From a virus, in IMG/VR virus record IMGVR_UViG_3300020045_010841, positions 1 through 64,000 of that record: a DNA stretch of 64,000 nucleotides; one strand, 5' to 3'. Positions 39,065 to 46,965 of this stretch are shown in pieces. The number at the start of each line of letters is the position of its first letter. Positions within the stretch are counted from its first letter, which is position 1. The notes under the pieces were generated by a model. The model searched no databases. It was not told the DNA's origin and was given only the letters and a program-made list of their open reading frames with translations. A program made the position numbers and the translations under genes.

Positions 39065-39643
39065 TTACAGGGATATTTGTTTTTGTTGTTTTATTTGTTC
39101 TTTAACTTTTTTAACATATTCATAGTCAATCGAGCCGCCTATCCATTTCTCTTTATCACCGTTTTCTGCAAATGTAGAATCTCCTAATGAATTAACATAT
39201 TCATCTAACACACCTTCAAAGTTAGTTAAGTGTTGATTTTTATTCAAATTCATTATATTGCGTTCATATTCTTCGTATTTGCCTTCTAATTTTAATTTTG
39301 TTTCCATTTCCGTGACACAATTAAAACAGGTACCATGAATATGATACATTTTTTTATTTAAATCAGTTAATTGAAAATGATTACCACAGCAAGGGCATTT
39401 TAGTGGGAATTTTGATGCTTGTTTTAGTGCATCAAATTTCGTTATTGTTTGTTTAATTCCATTCTTAATAGTCCATTTCTTCCCACCTTCTTCCCATTCA
39501 TCACCTTCAACATGTTCTACTTCTTGTTTTGAGTAACCAGTTTGGATTGATGTAGCATCACCATATCGTTTTTCAATAATATTTCGAATACGGGACAGAT
39601 CTTTCTCTTTGAATTCTTTTTTAAGTTGTGTATCTTGGCTCAT
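39065..39643 (-). CDS. Hypothetical protein with a zinc ribbon
   Basis: EGDEWEEGGKKWTIKNGIKQ, CPCC...CFNC. Confidence 0.7.
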   Translation of the reverse strand: MSQDTQLKKEFKEKDLSRIRNIIEKRYGDATSIQTGYSKQEVEHVEGDEWEEGGKKWTIKNGIKQTITKFDALKQASKFPLKCPCCGNHFQLTDLNKKMYHIHGTCFNCVTEMETKLKLEGKYEEYERNIMNLNKNQHLTNFEGVLDEYVNSLGDSTFAENGDKEKWIGGSIDYEYVKKVKEQIKQQKQISL

Positions 39644-39804
39644 TAAAAAGATTTTGTTTTTTCTATTACTTGTCTTATAATATCTTTTCGTTCTTGTTCT
39701 GAAATGGATTTGTTTCTTTTAATAACATAATTGTCTATGTCTTTTTGTATGTTTTTAAACATTATATTATCTTTAGCTTTTTTGTTGGGGTTATTTACTT
39801 TCAT
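39643..39804 (-). CDS. Mini-ORF starting MKVNNP (53 aa)
   Basis: Hand translation MKVNNPNKKAKDNIMFKNIQKDIDNYVIKRNKSISEQERKDIIRQVIEKTKSF; ATGA and TAATG overlaps with both neighbours. Confidence 0.75.
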   Translation of the reverse strand: MKVNNPNKKAKDNIMFKNIQKDIDNYVIKRNKSISEQERKDIIRQVIEKTKSF

Positions 39805-40337
39805 ATTCCCATTTTTTTTAATTCAAGAATAGTTGCTTCTGTATCACCTGTATATAAAATCCCAATACCATTTCGAGCACGCCAACTTAATATAGTATCT
39901 TCTCTATCGTCTATTAATATTTTATTTGGACCGGCCAATTCAGGTTTTTCATGGGCTTGTTTAAATATAATAGGATAATCACCTAAATTATCTTCAACCC
40001 ATAATTTTTTACCTTCTACTGATACATCATTTCTCGATGGAGCAGTAAGGAGTGTTGGATTATTATTTTTAATATAATCCCACAATTCATGACCTTGGGG
40101 CATCCAAGACATACCTCTGAAAAATCTTATTCCAACCTGATCATCTATTAATTCCCAAAATTTTTGAATTCCTATTTTAGGACCAAATTCTCTTTCTGCT
40201 CTATATTTATATTCTTCTGGAGTTAAACCACTGAAATGCTCAAATCTTTTTTCAAAATCACATAATACACCATCCATATCGCAGTATATTTGGTATTGAT
40301 CACTCATGCCTTCATTTAACAACTCATTTAAATTCAT
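39801..40337 (-). CDS. HAD-superfamily 5'(3')-deoxyribonucleotidase-like phosphatase
   Basis: IYCDMDGVLCDF, LLTAP, GKKLW and ILIDDR motifs. Confidence 0.88.
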   Translation of the reverse strand: MNLNELLNEGMSDQYQIYCDMDGVLCDFEKRFEHFSGLTPEEYKYRAEREFGPKIGIQKFWELIDDQVGIRFFRGMSWMPQGHELWDYIKNNNPTLLTAPSRNDVSVEGKKLWVEDNLGDYPIIFKQAHEKPELAGPNKILIDDREDTILSWRARNGIGILYTGDTEATILELKKMGI

Positions 40338-40351
40338 ATAACTTATTTTTA

Positions 40352-43255
40352 TTATTCAAATATCTCTTTATTTTCTCTACTAAATTTACGCATCATAGTA
40401 CCAGCGGTAGAGTTAGCTTCGTTCTCCCATTCATCGCCATCTTTACCAGCCCCAAGCTCTAATCTATCTTCTAAATCTTGTTTCAAATGGACCATTTCAT
40501 GGAACATACTACGAGTAATATCAGCTAAATTACGATTATTAGTAACTACTCTTATGCTTTTATCATGGGGAGAATAACCACCAAAAGATGAATATTCTTT
40601 AGTATACTCGGGATTATTAATTAATATAATATTAGGTTTTGGAACATCCAAATATTCCATAGCATATTTTACTGCTTTATCTAAAATAGGAGCATGTTGT
40701 TTTTGAAATACTTCTTTTAATCCTTCTGGAGTTGATTTTTTAATTCTACCTTGAATTTTATCCCAATCAATTACATGACTTTCATAATTTGGACTCAAAA
40801 AATGAGCATAATCCCAAGGACCTGATGGGAGTTCTTTTTGAAATCGACCCATGTATTTTCCTTTTACCCAATCATCTGTTCCAAACTCATCTACAAGGTA
40901 TTCTTTTCCTATTATAGGAACATTAGGTTTATTTACTTTTATTTCGCCCAACGTTTGTTTTAATGATTCTTTAATAACTTCTTCTACATCATTATAGGGT
41001 TCAATATTAGGTAAAATATCTGAAATATATTGTTCCACATTTATTTCTTTACCTTTGTATTGTGATTTAATTTGGGGGTATTTTTCTTGTAAATGTTGTA
41101 TAATTTTTAATACACGAGTATTATCACCTACTTTATCTAAAAATACAACAATTTCTTTTATATAATTTTGTGCATTAGGAATTTCTGTTTTAGTACCTAA
41201 ATTAACTCGCTCTTCCGCTTCATCTAAATGAGAATTGTTAGTTGTTTTTGTATTAATAACATTTCCATAATAGGAGAATGGTTGGATTTTGAAATTTTGA
41301 GATAATTTATTCCCATCTATTGTAATTCTAGCTAATGAACCAGTTACTTTTGGATCTTTTTTCCATAAATCCTTGTTTCTAGTCATTGAGAAATAATTAA
41401 CATCTTCTATTCCTTTATCTTTATAATCAGATTCTTTTTTCCTAAATGAACGAAAGTCAGGACTATATTTATCAACTTCTGTTTTAGAAGACTTAAAAAC
41501 ATTATCATATAATATACCTTGCAATCCATTATAGCTAGTAAAATGATATAAATCCCCATAATTTTTAGCTTCATCTATATGAGCAGGAGTTCGTTTCTCC
41601 ATCCCATTTGCTATATTAATTAATTGAGGAAGTGTATTTGTTTCTTTTATTCTCTCATAAAAGCGCGGAATGTTATCAGTCATCATATCATACCCAAATT
41701 TTTCTAAAATATCACTAAATTCAACTTGATTTTTAACAGAATGAATTAAATCTTCAAAATCTTGGTAAGGAATTATACCAGGCTTATTAACTTTTATTTC
41801 TTCTATACTAGCTAATTTATCGTAATATTTAGGATCTTCATAAATATGATCCATAGCTATTTCTTTTGCAACAGCTCGAGAAGTAGTATGTTCCATTTCA
41901 ACTTTTATTCCCTTAAATAATTGTGATGATAATTTAGATTTAGTTGTTGAGTGTTTTTTAGCTAAATCATCTAATGTCATACCAGAAGATAAACCACCGG
42001 GTATTTTTTCTTCATTTAAATCTAGTTTAACTTTAGATAAATCAACGCTTGACATAAGTGATGTTATTTCCTTAGTATAGTGTTTTATCTCTTTTGATAC
42101 TTCTGAAGTTGGGAGGCTCATAGATTCAGGAACACCCATAGGATTATTTTTTCCTAGATATATAACATTATTTGATATTCTTTCATTTTGAAAATACAAC
42201 TCCCCTTCATATAAATCTTCATCAAGTTTGTTAGGTGATTTAAATAATAAAGGTTTTGATGGATTATTTACTTTTACTTCATTCATATCTTCCTCAGGTT
42301 GAGCCCAAAATCTTTTTTCATATCCTGGTTCTAATAATAAAACAATTGGGTACCATTTTTTGTCATTCCATATTGTCTCAGTATCATTAATCAATGAACC
42401 ATCAAACCAGGTGTATCCATCTTTTTCAAGAATATTAAAATATCTTATTCCATTTTGTAAATCTTTTATATGGAGAGGGAATTTAATAGTTGGATTATTT
42501 ACTTTTACTTCATTTAAATCAGTAATAGCTAATAATTTATTTGATTTTTTATATAATATAATTTTTGAAGGAAAATCATAAAGTTCTGGTGTTTCTCCAT
42601 ATAACCATTTATATCCTAATAATTCTATTTTTTCTTTTATTTTATACCAATCATTAATATCATTTAATGTTATAGGAAATTCAATATTATTTGGATTATT
42701 TACTTTTACTTCATGTAATTGAAAATTTAATAAAAATTCATTTACTGTTATTCCTTCTGGTATTAACGATTTTATTGCTAATCTATTTCGTTTAGCTATT
42801 GCTTCACGCAAGGAAGTTGCAGATAAATTTTCATAATTACCGGCATCTATTATATCAACATTAAAATACTTTTCTCTATTTTCATTTATAGAATTAAATC
42901 TATCTTGTTCCCCTTTACCATATACTACAAGATAATTTTGAGATTTATCTTTAACTATGTTATATATTTCTGTTATGGGGGATTTGGATTCAGATATAGA
43001 AATTATTACATTTTGGGGTAAAACCTTTTTATATTGATTCCATACTTTTAATAATACTTCAGGAGTATATCCTTCACGTATATTATTTGAAATAATAATA
43101 TGAACGGAATCAGCAACTAAAGAAGCACGTCGAACAACTTCGACGTGACCTTTATGTGGAGGAGAAAACGATCCTGGGAAAAGTGCAACTAGTGGGGCAT
43201 TTTCTGCTATTAATTTATTTGATATTTTTTCTCCTATTTGTGTTCCTAAATCCAT
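40352..43255 (-). CDS. 967 aa polyprotein: HxGH nucleotidyltransferase, five KVN modules, DUF5661-like domain, ADP-ribosyltransferase-like domain and HExxH peptidase-like domain
   Basis: FPGSFSPPHKGH; GIKVEMEHT..IAMDH..EDPKYY; LYHFTS...FSMTR...EAEERV; FHEMVH..Q...ENEAN. Confidence 0.8.
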   Translation of the reverse strand: MDLGTQIGEKISNKLIAENAPLVALFPGSFSPPHKGHVEVVRRASLVADSVHIIISNNIREGYTPEVLLKVWNQYKKVLPQNVIISISESKSPITEIYNIVKDKSQNYLVVYGKGEQDRFNSINENREKYFNVDIIDAGNYENLSATSLREAIAKRNRLAIKSLIPEGITVNEFLLNFQLHEVKVNNPNNIEFPITLNDINDWYKIKEKIELLGYKWLYGETPELYDFPSKIILYKKSNKLLAITDLNEVKVNNPTIKFPLHIKDLQNGIRYFNILEKDGYTWFDGSLINDTETIWNDKKWYPIVLLLEPGYEKRFWAQPEEDMNEVKVNNPSKPLLFKSPNKLDEDLYEGELYFQNERISNNVIYLGKNNPMGVPESMSLPTSEVSKEIKHYTKEITSLMSSVDLSKVKLDLNEEKIPGGLSSGMTLDDLAKKHSTTKSKLSSQLFKGIKVEMEHTTSRAVAKEIAMDHIYEDPKYYDKLASIEEIKVNKPGIIPYQDFEDLIHSVKNQVEFSDILEKFGYDMMTDNIPRFYERIKETNTLPQLINIANGMEKRTPAHIDEAKNYGDLYHFTSYNGLQGILYDNVFKSSKTEVDKYSPDFRSFRKKESDYKDKGIEDVNYFSMTRNKDLWKKDPKVTGSLARITIDGNKLSQNFKIQPFSYYGNVINTKTTNNSHLDEAEERVNLGTKTEIPNAQNYIKEIVVFLDKVGDNTRVLKIIQHLQEKYPQIKSQYKGKEINVEQYISDILPNIEPYNDVEEVIKESLKQTLGEIKVNKPNVPIIGKEYLVDEFGTDDWVKGKYMGRFQKELPSGPWDYAHFLSPNYESHVIDWDKIQGRIKKSTPEGLKEVFQKQHAPILDKAVKYAMEYLDVPKPNIILINNPEYTKEYSSFGGYSPHDKSIRVVTNNRNLADITRSMFHEMVHLKQDLEDRLELGAGKDGDEWENEANSTAGTMMRKFSRENKEIFE

Positions 43256-43956
43256 TCTTTTATATGTAATTTTATATCATCAATTTCTATACTATTTTGT
43301 GATAAGAAATTTTTTAATTTTGTTAATTCAAGCCATTTAAAATCTACATTTTCACAAATTTCATTAAATTTTTTCTCTTTAATAAGTATTTGTTCCACTG
43401 TATATTCTGTTATTTCTTTTCGGAAAGTAGATGGATATTCTTTATAATCTTTTTCTAAATAATTAACCAAACAATCATATTCTAATAATATTGTTCCTTC
43501 TTCCTCAGTATATTCTGTCTCGTACACATAAATATTATCTTTTCCAAACATATTTATATAATCGTCTATTTGTGAATATACTTTTAACCACAAATCTAAT
43601 AGTACTTGTTTTGGCAAACGTCTTTCACGAGAAAAATTGCGTTTAAACGCAATAATTGGATTACAATATACTATCACGGCTTTAAATTGATATTGTTTAC
43701 TATCAATGGTTTTACGCAGAGTATTTAGGTTAGCACCGGTGGTATCTAATATAAAATTTCTTTTATCTCCCATTAATGAGGGTAAATATTCATCATAAAT
43801 ATATTTAGCAGCTTTTAATGGATTATTATAACAGCTACTTAATTTTTCCTCTACTAATAAATCTGGATTAACAATATCGTACCATATATTTAATTCTTTA
43901 ATTAATGTGCTTTTACCTGATGCAGGCGCTCCTAATATTATTATACCTTTATTCAT
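43246..43956 (-). CDS. P-loop kinase, zeta-toxin / AAA_33-like
   Basis: GAPASGKST, VNPD, ILDTTG and RNFSRER motifs. Confidence 0.8.
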   Translation of the reverse strand: MNKGIIILGAPASGKSTLIKELNIWYDIVNPDLLVEEKLSSCYNNPLKAAKYIYDEYLPSLMGDKRNFILDTTGANLNTLRKTIDSKQYQFKAVIVYCNPIIAFKRNFSRERRLPKQVLLDLWLKVYSQIDDYINMFGKDNIYVYETEYTEEEGTILLEYDCLVNYLEKDYKEYPSTFRKEITEYTVEQILIKEKKFNEICENVDFKWLELTKLKNFLSQNSIEIDDIKLHIKEWI

Positions 43957-44099
43957 TATATATCGATTAATGAGATATGATCTATTGTTATTATATTAAT
44001 ATTAGTTCTGTAAAAACCATGATCTTTTTTATATTGTCTTAACCATTCTTTTTTATCTAATTCTTTTTTAACCTTAATTATGGGATTATTTACTTTCAT
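43956..44099 (-). CDS. Mini-ORF starting MKVNNP (47 aa)
   Basis: Hand translation MKVNNPIIKVKKELDKKEWLRQYKKDHGFYRTNINIITIDHISLIDI; TAATG overlap with the kinase gene. Confidence 0.7.
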   Translation of the reverse strand: MKVNNPIIKVKKELDKKEWLRQYKKDHGFYRTNINIITIDHISLIDI

Positions 44100-44235
44100 T
44101 TCCTAGATATTTAGAGGGAATACCCGCTATTTTATATAATTCTTCTTTTATATAAGTACCTAATGCAATTCTATTAGATAATTGTTCTAAAGCTAATTTT
44201 TGTTTAGCTATATTTACAGGATTATTTACTTTCAT
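44086..44235 (-). CDS. Mini-ORF starting MKVNNP (49 aa)
   Basis: Hand translation MKVNNPVNIAKQKLALEQLSNRIALGTYIKEELYKIAGIPSKYLGNESK; first ORF after a promoter-like element. Confidence 0.7.
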   Translation of the reverse strand: MKVNNPVNIAKQKLALEQLSNRIALGTYIKEELYKIAGIPSKYLGNESK

Positions 44236-44252
44236 AACTTTTATTTTAAGGT

Positions 44253-44283
44253 GTAAATATACAAAAGGCTTCTTACGAAGCCT
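44253..44283 (-). promoter_or_regulatory. Hairpin/terminator fused to a TGTATATTTAC promoter-like element
   Basis: Minus strand AGGCTTC-GTAA-GAAGCCT-TTTGTATATTTAC. Confidence 0.62.
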
Positions 44284-44297
44284 AATATAGATTTTAA

Positions 44298-45074
44298 TTA
44301 TTGTTTGCGGGAAACCACTGTTGGAAATGAAAAATGTATTGGTTCGCTTTTTGGATTTTCAATATCGAATATAATTCTTAATGCTTTATAAATTTCAATA
44401 TTTTTTTCATGTTTACGATTCGGTTCTATAAGCTCCCATCCCTTACCTTTAATCTTTTTACCTGTTTTATCTTCACCTCTTGAACCTGATTTTAGCCAAA
44501 GTATACCAGTTTTGGCTACTTTCTTTTGGAAACATTCTTCATAACAAGCTTTATATAAGGATGTTTGAATTTCGTATGTTGATACTACTTGATTTGATGT
44601 TTTTAAATCTATAATCCATATTTCTCCATCAATTTCACAAACTATATCACATGTACCAGCAATTTTTAAAACATCAGAGAATAAATGGACTTCTGCTTCT
44701 ATTAAAGTGGGTTTAAATAATTCCCAAAATTCAACAAAATTAAGAAACATTTTCCATATATCTGGAGTGTATAATGGTTGTTGTTTTGAGTCTAAAAAGT
44801 GTAATTCTTCCCCCTTAAGATATCTCTCACATAAATCATGAACTATGGTTCCATCATCTGCCGCGCGTTGGGCTAGTACTTTTGAATTAAAACCATATTT
44901 CATTAACCATTCATCAAAATGTTTTCCTTTAGGATATATTCCTAATACGAAAGTAATTGATGGATAATACTTTCCATGTCGTCTATAATAACGAGAATCT
45001 AAATTCGTTATTTGTAAAGCGTCTTCTGATAATTCTAATAATCTAGTGTATTTTTTATTTTTTAATTTTAACAT
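44298..45074 (-). CDS. PD-(D/E)xK exonuclease
   Basis: YPSITFVL, GTIVH, AGTCD, IIDLKTS and Q..LY motifs. Confidence 0.88.
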   Translation of the reverse strand: MLKLKNKKYTRLLELSEDALQITNLDSRYYRRHGKYYPSITFVLGIYPKGKHFDEWLMKYGFNSKVLAQRAADDGTIVHDLCERYLKGEELHFLDSKQQPLYTPDIWKMFLNFVEFWELFKPTLIEAEVHLFSDVLKIAGTCDIVCEIDGEIWIIDLKTSNQVVSTYEIQTSLYKACYEECFQKKVAKTGILWLKSGSRGEDKTGKKIKGKGWELIEPNRKHEKNIEIYKALRIIFDIENPKSEPIHFSFPTVVSRKQ

Positions 45075-46006
45075 AGTTCTAATTTAAGCTTCACCAAATC
45101 ACCAAAGGTAAATGGCTGTAAATGTTCTACAATTTTATTATAGGCTTCAAATCCTATTTCAGATGGATCTTTTCCCCCCAATCTTACTACATAAACTTTT
45201 TTACCTAAGTGGATTAATTCTTCGGCTATTTTTAATGTACTTTTTAATGCATCTTCATCCAAAGCCAAAAATATGGATTTTACTTTATTTAACATCAATG
45301 TTTTTTGTAATTTTTTTGATATGCTTTTACCAAATAAAGGTATTGCATTCCTTTTTATTGCAATACTATCAAATGCTCCTTCACATATAGTTATAGGTAA
45401 ATCAAAATTAATCAATGATTCAAACCCAACAATATTTTTATCAGACACGGGAGCGTCAAACTTACGATATGGATCTTTCTCAAATGAACGGGCAATAAAA
45501 TATTCTAATACGCCTTCTTTATTATATGTGGGTATAATTATTTTATTTTTATATTTTCCCGTTTCACAAAATCCAATATTATGTTTTATTATATCTTCAA
45601 ATGATATTCCTCTATCTTTAATTAAATACTTTAAGGCATGTTTTGATATAATATTTGTTTTAGATAAAGATATAAATGGTTGGAATTCTTGAGGTAATTC
45701 TATTTTTATTTCTTGATGTATATAATCTGTTTTATATGTAGTACCTAATATTGAATTAAGTTCCTCATATTTATTACTATTTACTTTTAATGAATAAAAA
45801 AGTGATTTTAACGTGAGTCCTTTAAAATTAGTACAAGTCCAACAATGGTATGGATTTTGAGATTTTGTATTAGTTATCATATTGACTTCTAATTTACGTC
45901 CGGAATGTTTGCAAATAGGACAAACAAAGGCATAATTTCCTTTACTTGCAGGAACACCTTTTCCTAGAATGGATTCTACTAAACAAAGGAGTATGTTATC
46001 TATCAT
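45068..46006 (-). CDS. DNA primase (zinc finger plus TOPRIM)
   Basis: CPIC..H...HCWTC, IIIP...YFIAR, CEGAFD, LDEDA and KDPS motifs. Confidence 0.92.
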   Translation of the reverse strand: MIDNILLCLVESILGKGVPASKGNYAFVCPICKHSGRKLEVNMITNTKSQNPYHCWTCTNFKGLTLKSLFYSLKVNSNKYEELNSILGTTYKTDYIHQEIKIELPQEFQPFISLSKTNIISKHALKYLIKDRGISFEDIIKHNIGFCETGKYKNKIIIPTYNKEGVLEYFIARSFEKDPYRKFDAPVSDKNIVGFESLINFDLPITICEGAFDSIAIKRNAIPLFGKSISKKLQKTLMLNKVKSIFLALDEDALKSTLKIAEELIHLGKKVYVVRLGGKDPSEIGFEAYNKIVEHLQPFTFGDLVKLKLELC

Positions 46007-46008
46007 AA

Positions 46009-46164
46009 CTATTTTATATTTTTAACATCAAATAATTCATCAAATTGAGATGATGTAAATCTCTTTAGTTCTTTATAAAAATTATAAGCTTGGTCTATAT
46101 TTTCGAAATAAGACATAGTTATAGGTTCTTCTGTATTCTTATTAAATATACCAAAACGTTCCAT
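46009..46164 (-). CDS. Small hypothetical protein (51 aa)
   Basis: Hand translation MERFGIFNKNTEEPITMSYFENIDQAYNFYKELKRFTSSQFDELFDVKNIK; fills the gap between a promoter-like element and the primase. Confidence 0.6.
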   Translation of the reverse strand: MERFGIFNKNTEEPITMSYFENIDQAYNFYKELKRFTSSQFDELFDVKNIK

Positions 46165-46178
46165 AATTTATTTTTGTT

Positions 46179-46209
46179 GGAAATATACAAAAAGCCTCTT
46201 AAGAGGCCT
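46179..46209 (-). promoter_or_regulatory. Hairpin/terminator fused to a TGTATATTTCC promoter-like element
   Basis: Minus strand AGGCCTCTTAAGAGGCTT-TTTGTATATTTCC. Confidence 0.62.
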
Positions 46210-46217
46210 AATATTAT

Positions 46218-46658
46218 TTATAAAAAATCTTTACGGTGATACTTTCCAAGGATATTATGATTAAAGGTATCAGTTAATAATACATTATAAGCAAATTGGT
46301 ATTGGGCTTCATAATATGTTAGTTGTTTTGAATTATATGCTAGTTGTATTATTATTCGTTCAAATTTATCTAAACCTTGTTTTTTAATTTCTTCATTTAA
46401 TTCTTTTGAACTTCCCCAATATGTCTTCCAATCTGATTCTGTTATTACTCTTTTTGTAGTTGGTCTTCTTCCTGGTTTAATTTCAATTAATGCTAATTCT
46501 TTTTTTCCAAGTTTCTTCTTTCTATCAAATTCTAGTTGTTTTTTACCAATATATATTTTTTTAGTTTCCTTATGGGTTATCATATAAATAAACCCATATG
46601 CTGATTCAAAATCACTTAATTCTTTGTACTCTTTTCCTTGTAAATCTATCCAATTCAT
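46218..46658 (-). CDS. Short GIY-YIG-family nuclease (T4 endonuclease II-like size)
   Basis: YGFIYMIT..IYIGKK, ESDWKTYWGSS, YYEA and FNHNILG motifs; preceded by TATTTATA at 46672-46679. Confidence 0.75.
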   Translation of the reverse strand: MNWIDLQGKEYKELSDFESAYGFIYMITHKETKKIYIGKKQLEFDRKKKLGKKELALIEIKPGRRPTTKRVITESDWKTYWGSSKELNEEIKKQGLDKFERIIIQLAYNSKQLTYYEAQYQFAYNVLLTDTFNHNILGKYHRKDFL

Positions 46659-46679
46659 ATATTATTTTTAATATAAATA

Positions 46680-46955
46680 TTACATATCCAGTCTAACTAT
46701 TATACAAGTTTCAGTTGTTGATGATAATTTCAATGGTTGACCTAATTTAGCTACACATAATAATTCATTAGAATCGTTATATAAACCCACTGTTGTTATA
46801 TATGGTTGAAAATTTTCATCCACGAATGATTTATAATCACCCAATGAACCAGTTTGTAATGTTGGGTTTTGTGAATAATTAAATTCATTTTCTCTTATAT
46901 TACATCTAATTTCATTTTCATATATTATATGACTATTTTTAAATTTTATTTTCAT
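46680..46955 (-). CDS. Stand-alone C-terminal domain of a baseplate/tail protein
   Basis: NEFNYSQNPT...PYITTVGLYNDSNELLCVAKL aligns with the C-terminus of 49721..50725. Confidence 0.75.
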   Translation of the reverse strand: MKIKFKNSHIIYENEIRCNIRENEFNYSQNPTLQTGSLGDYKSFVDENFQPYITTVGLYNDSNELLCVAKLGQPLKLSSTTETCIIVRLDM

Positions 46956-46965
46956 ATATTAAATA

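Larger units (their letters stand above)
7297..44235 (-). repeat. Dispersed E|[VI][KR][VI]N[NKRT]P / MKVNNP tag family (27 copies by hand count)
   Basis: Approximate left coordinates: 7297, 7867, 9351, 16124, 16346, 16568, 16991, 17249, 17567, 18042, 21163, 26895, 29087, 29720, 30194, 30479, 31303, 34023, 34245, 39787, 40926, 41781, 42261, 42492, 42693, 44082, 44218. Confidence 0.95.

Noticed and set aside
15907-43255. Inteins as the explanation for in-frame inserts
   Set aside because: Inserts lack C/S starts, HN/HQ ends and HINT motifs, and most are too short.
24415-43255. Complete NAD+ reconstitution pathway (kinase plus nucleotidyltransferase)
   Set aside because: No Nampt- or PRPP-synthetase-like gene is visible and substrates cannot be assigned from motifs.
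7297-44235. KVNNP DNA repeats as a CRISPR array, attC-like cassette sites or DGR repeats
   Set aside because: Copies are in frame, irregularly spaced, non-palindromic and vary at synonymous positions. No cas, integrase or reverse transcriptase gene is in the window.
43246-44235. Zeta-epsilon toxin-antitoxin pair
   Set aside because: The upstream mini-ORFs do not resemble epsilon, and the kinase shows only generic P-loop similarity.
44298-45074. Cas4 / CRISPR adaptation nuclease
   Set aside because: No four-Cys Fe-S motif and no array; it sits next to the primase like an ordinary phage exonuclease.
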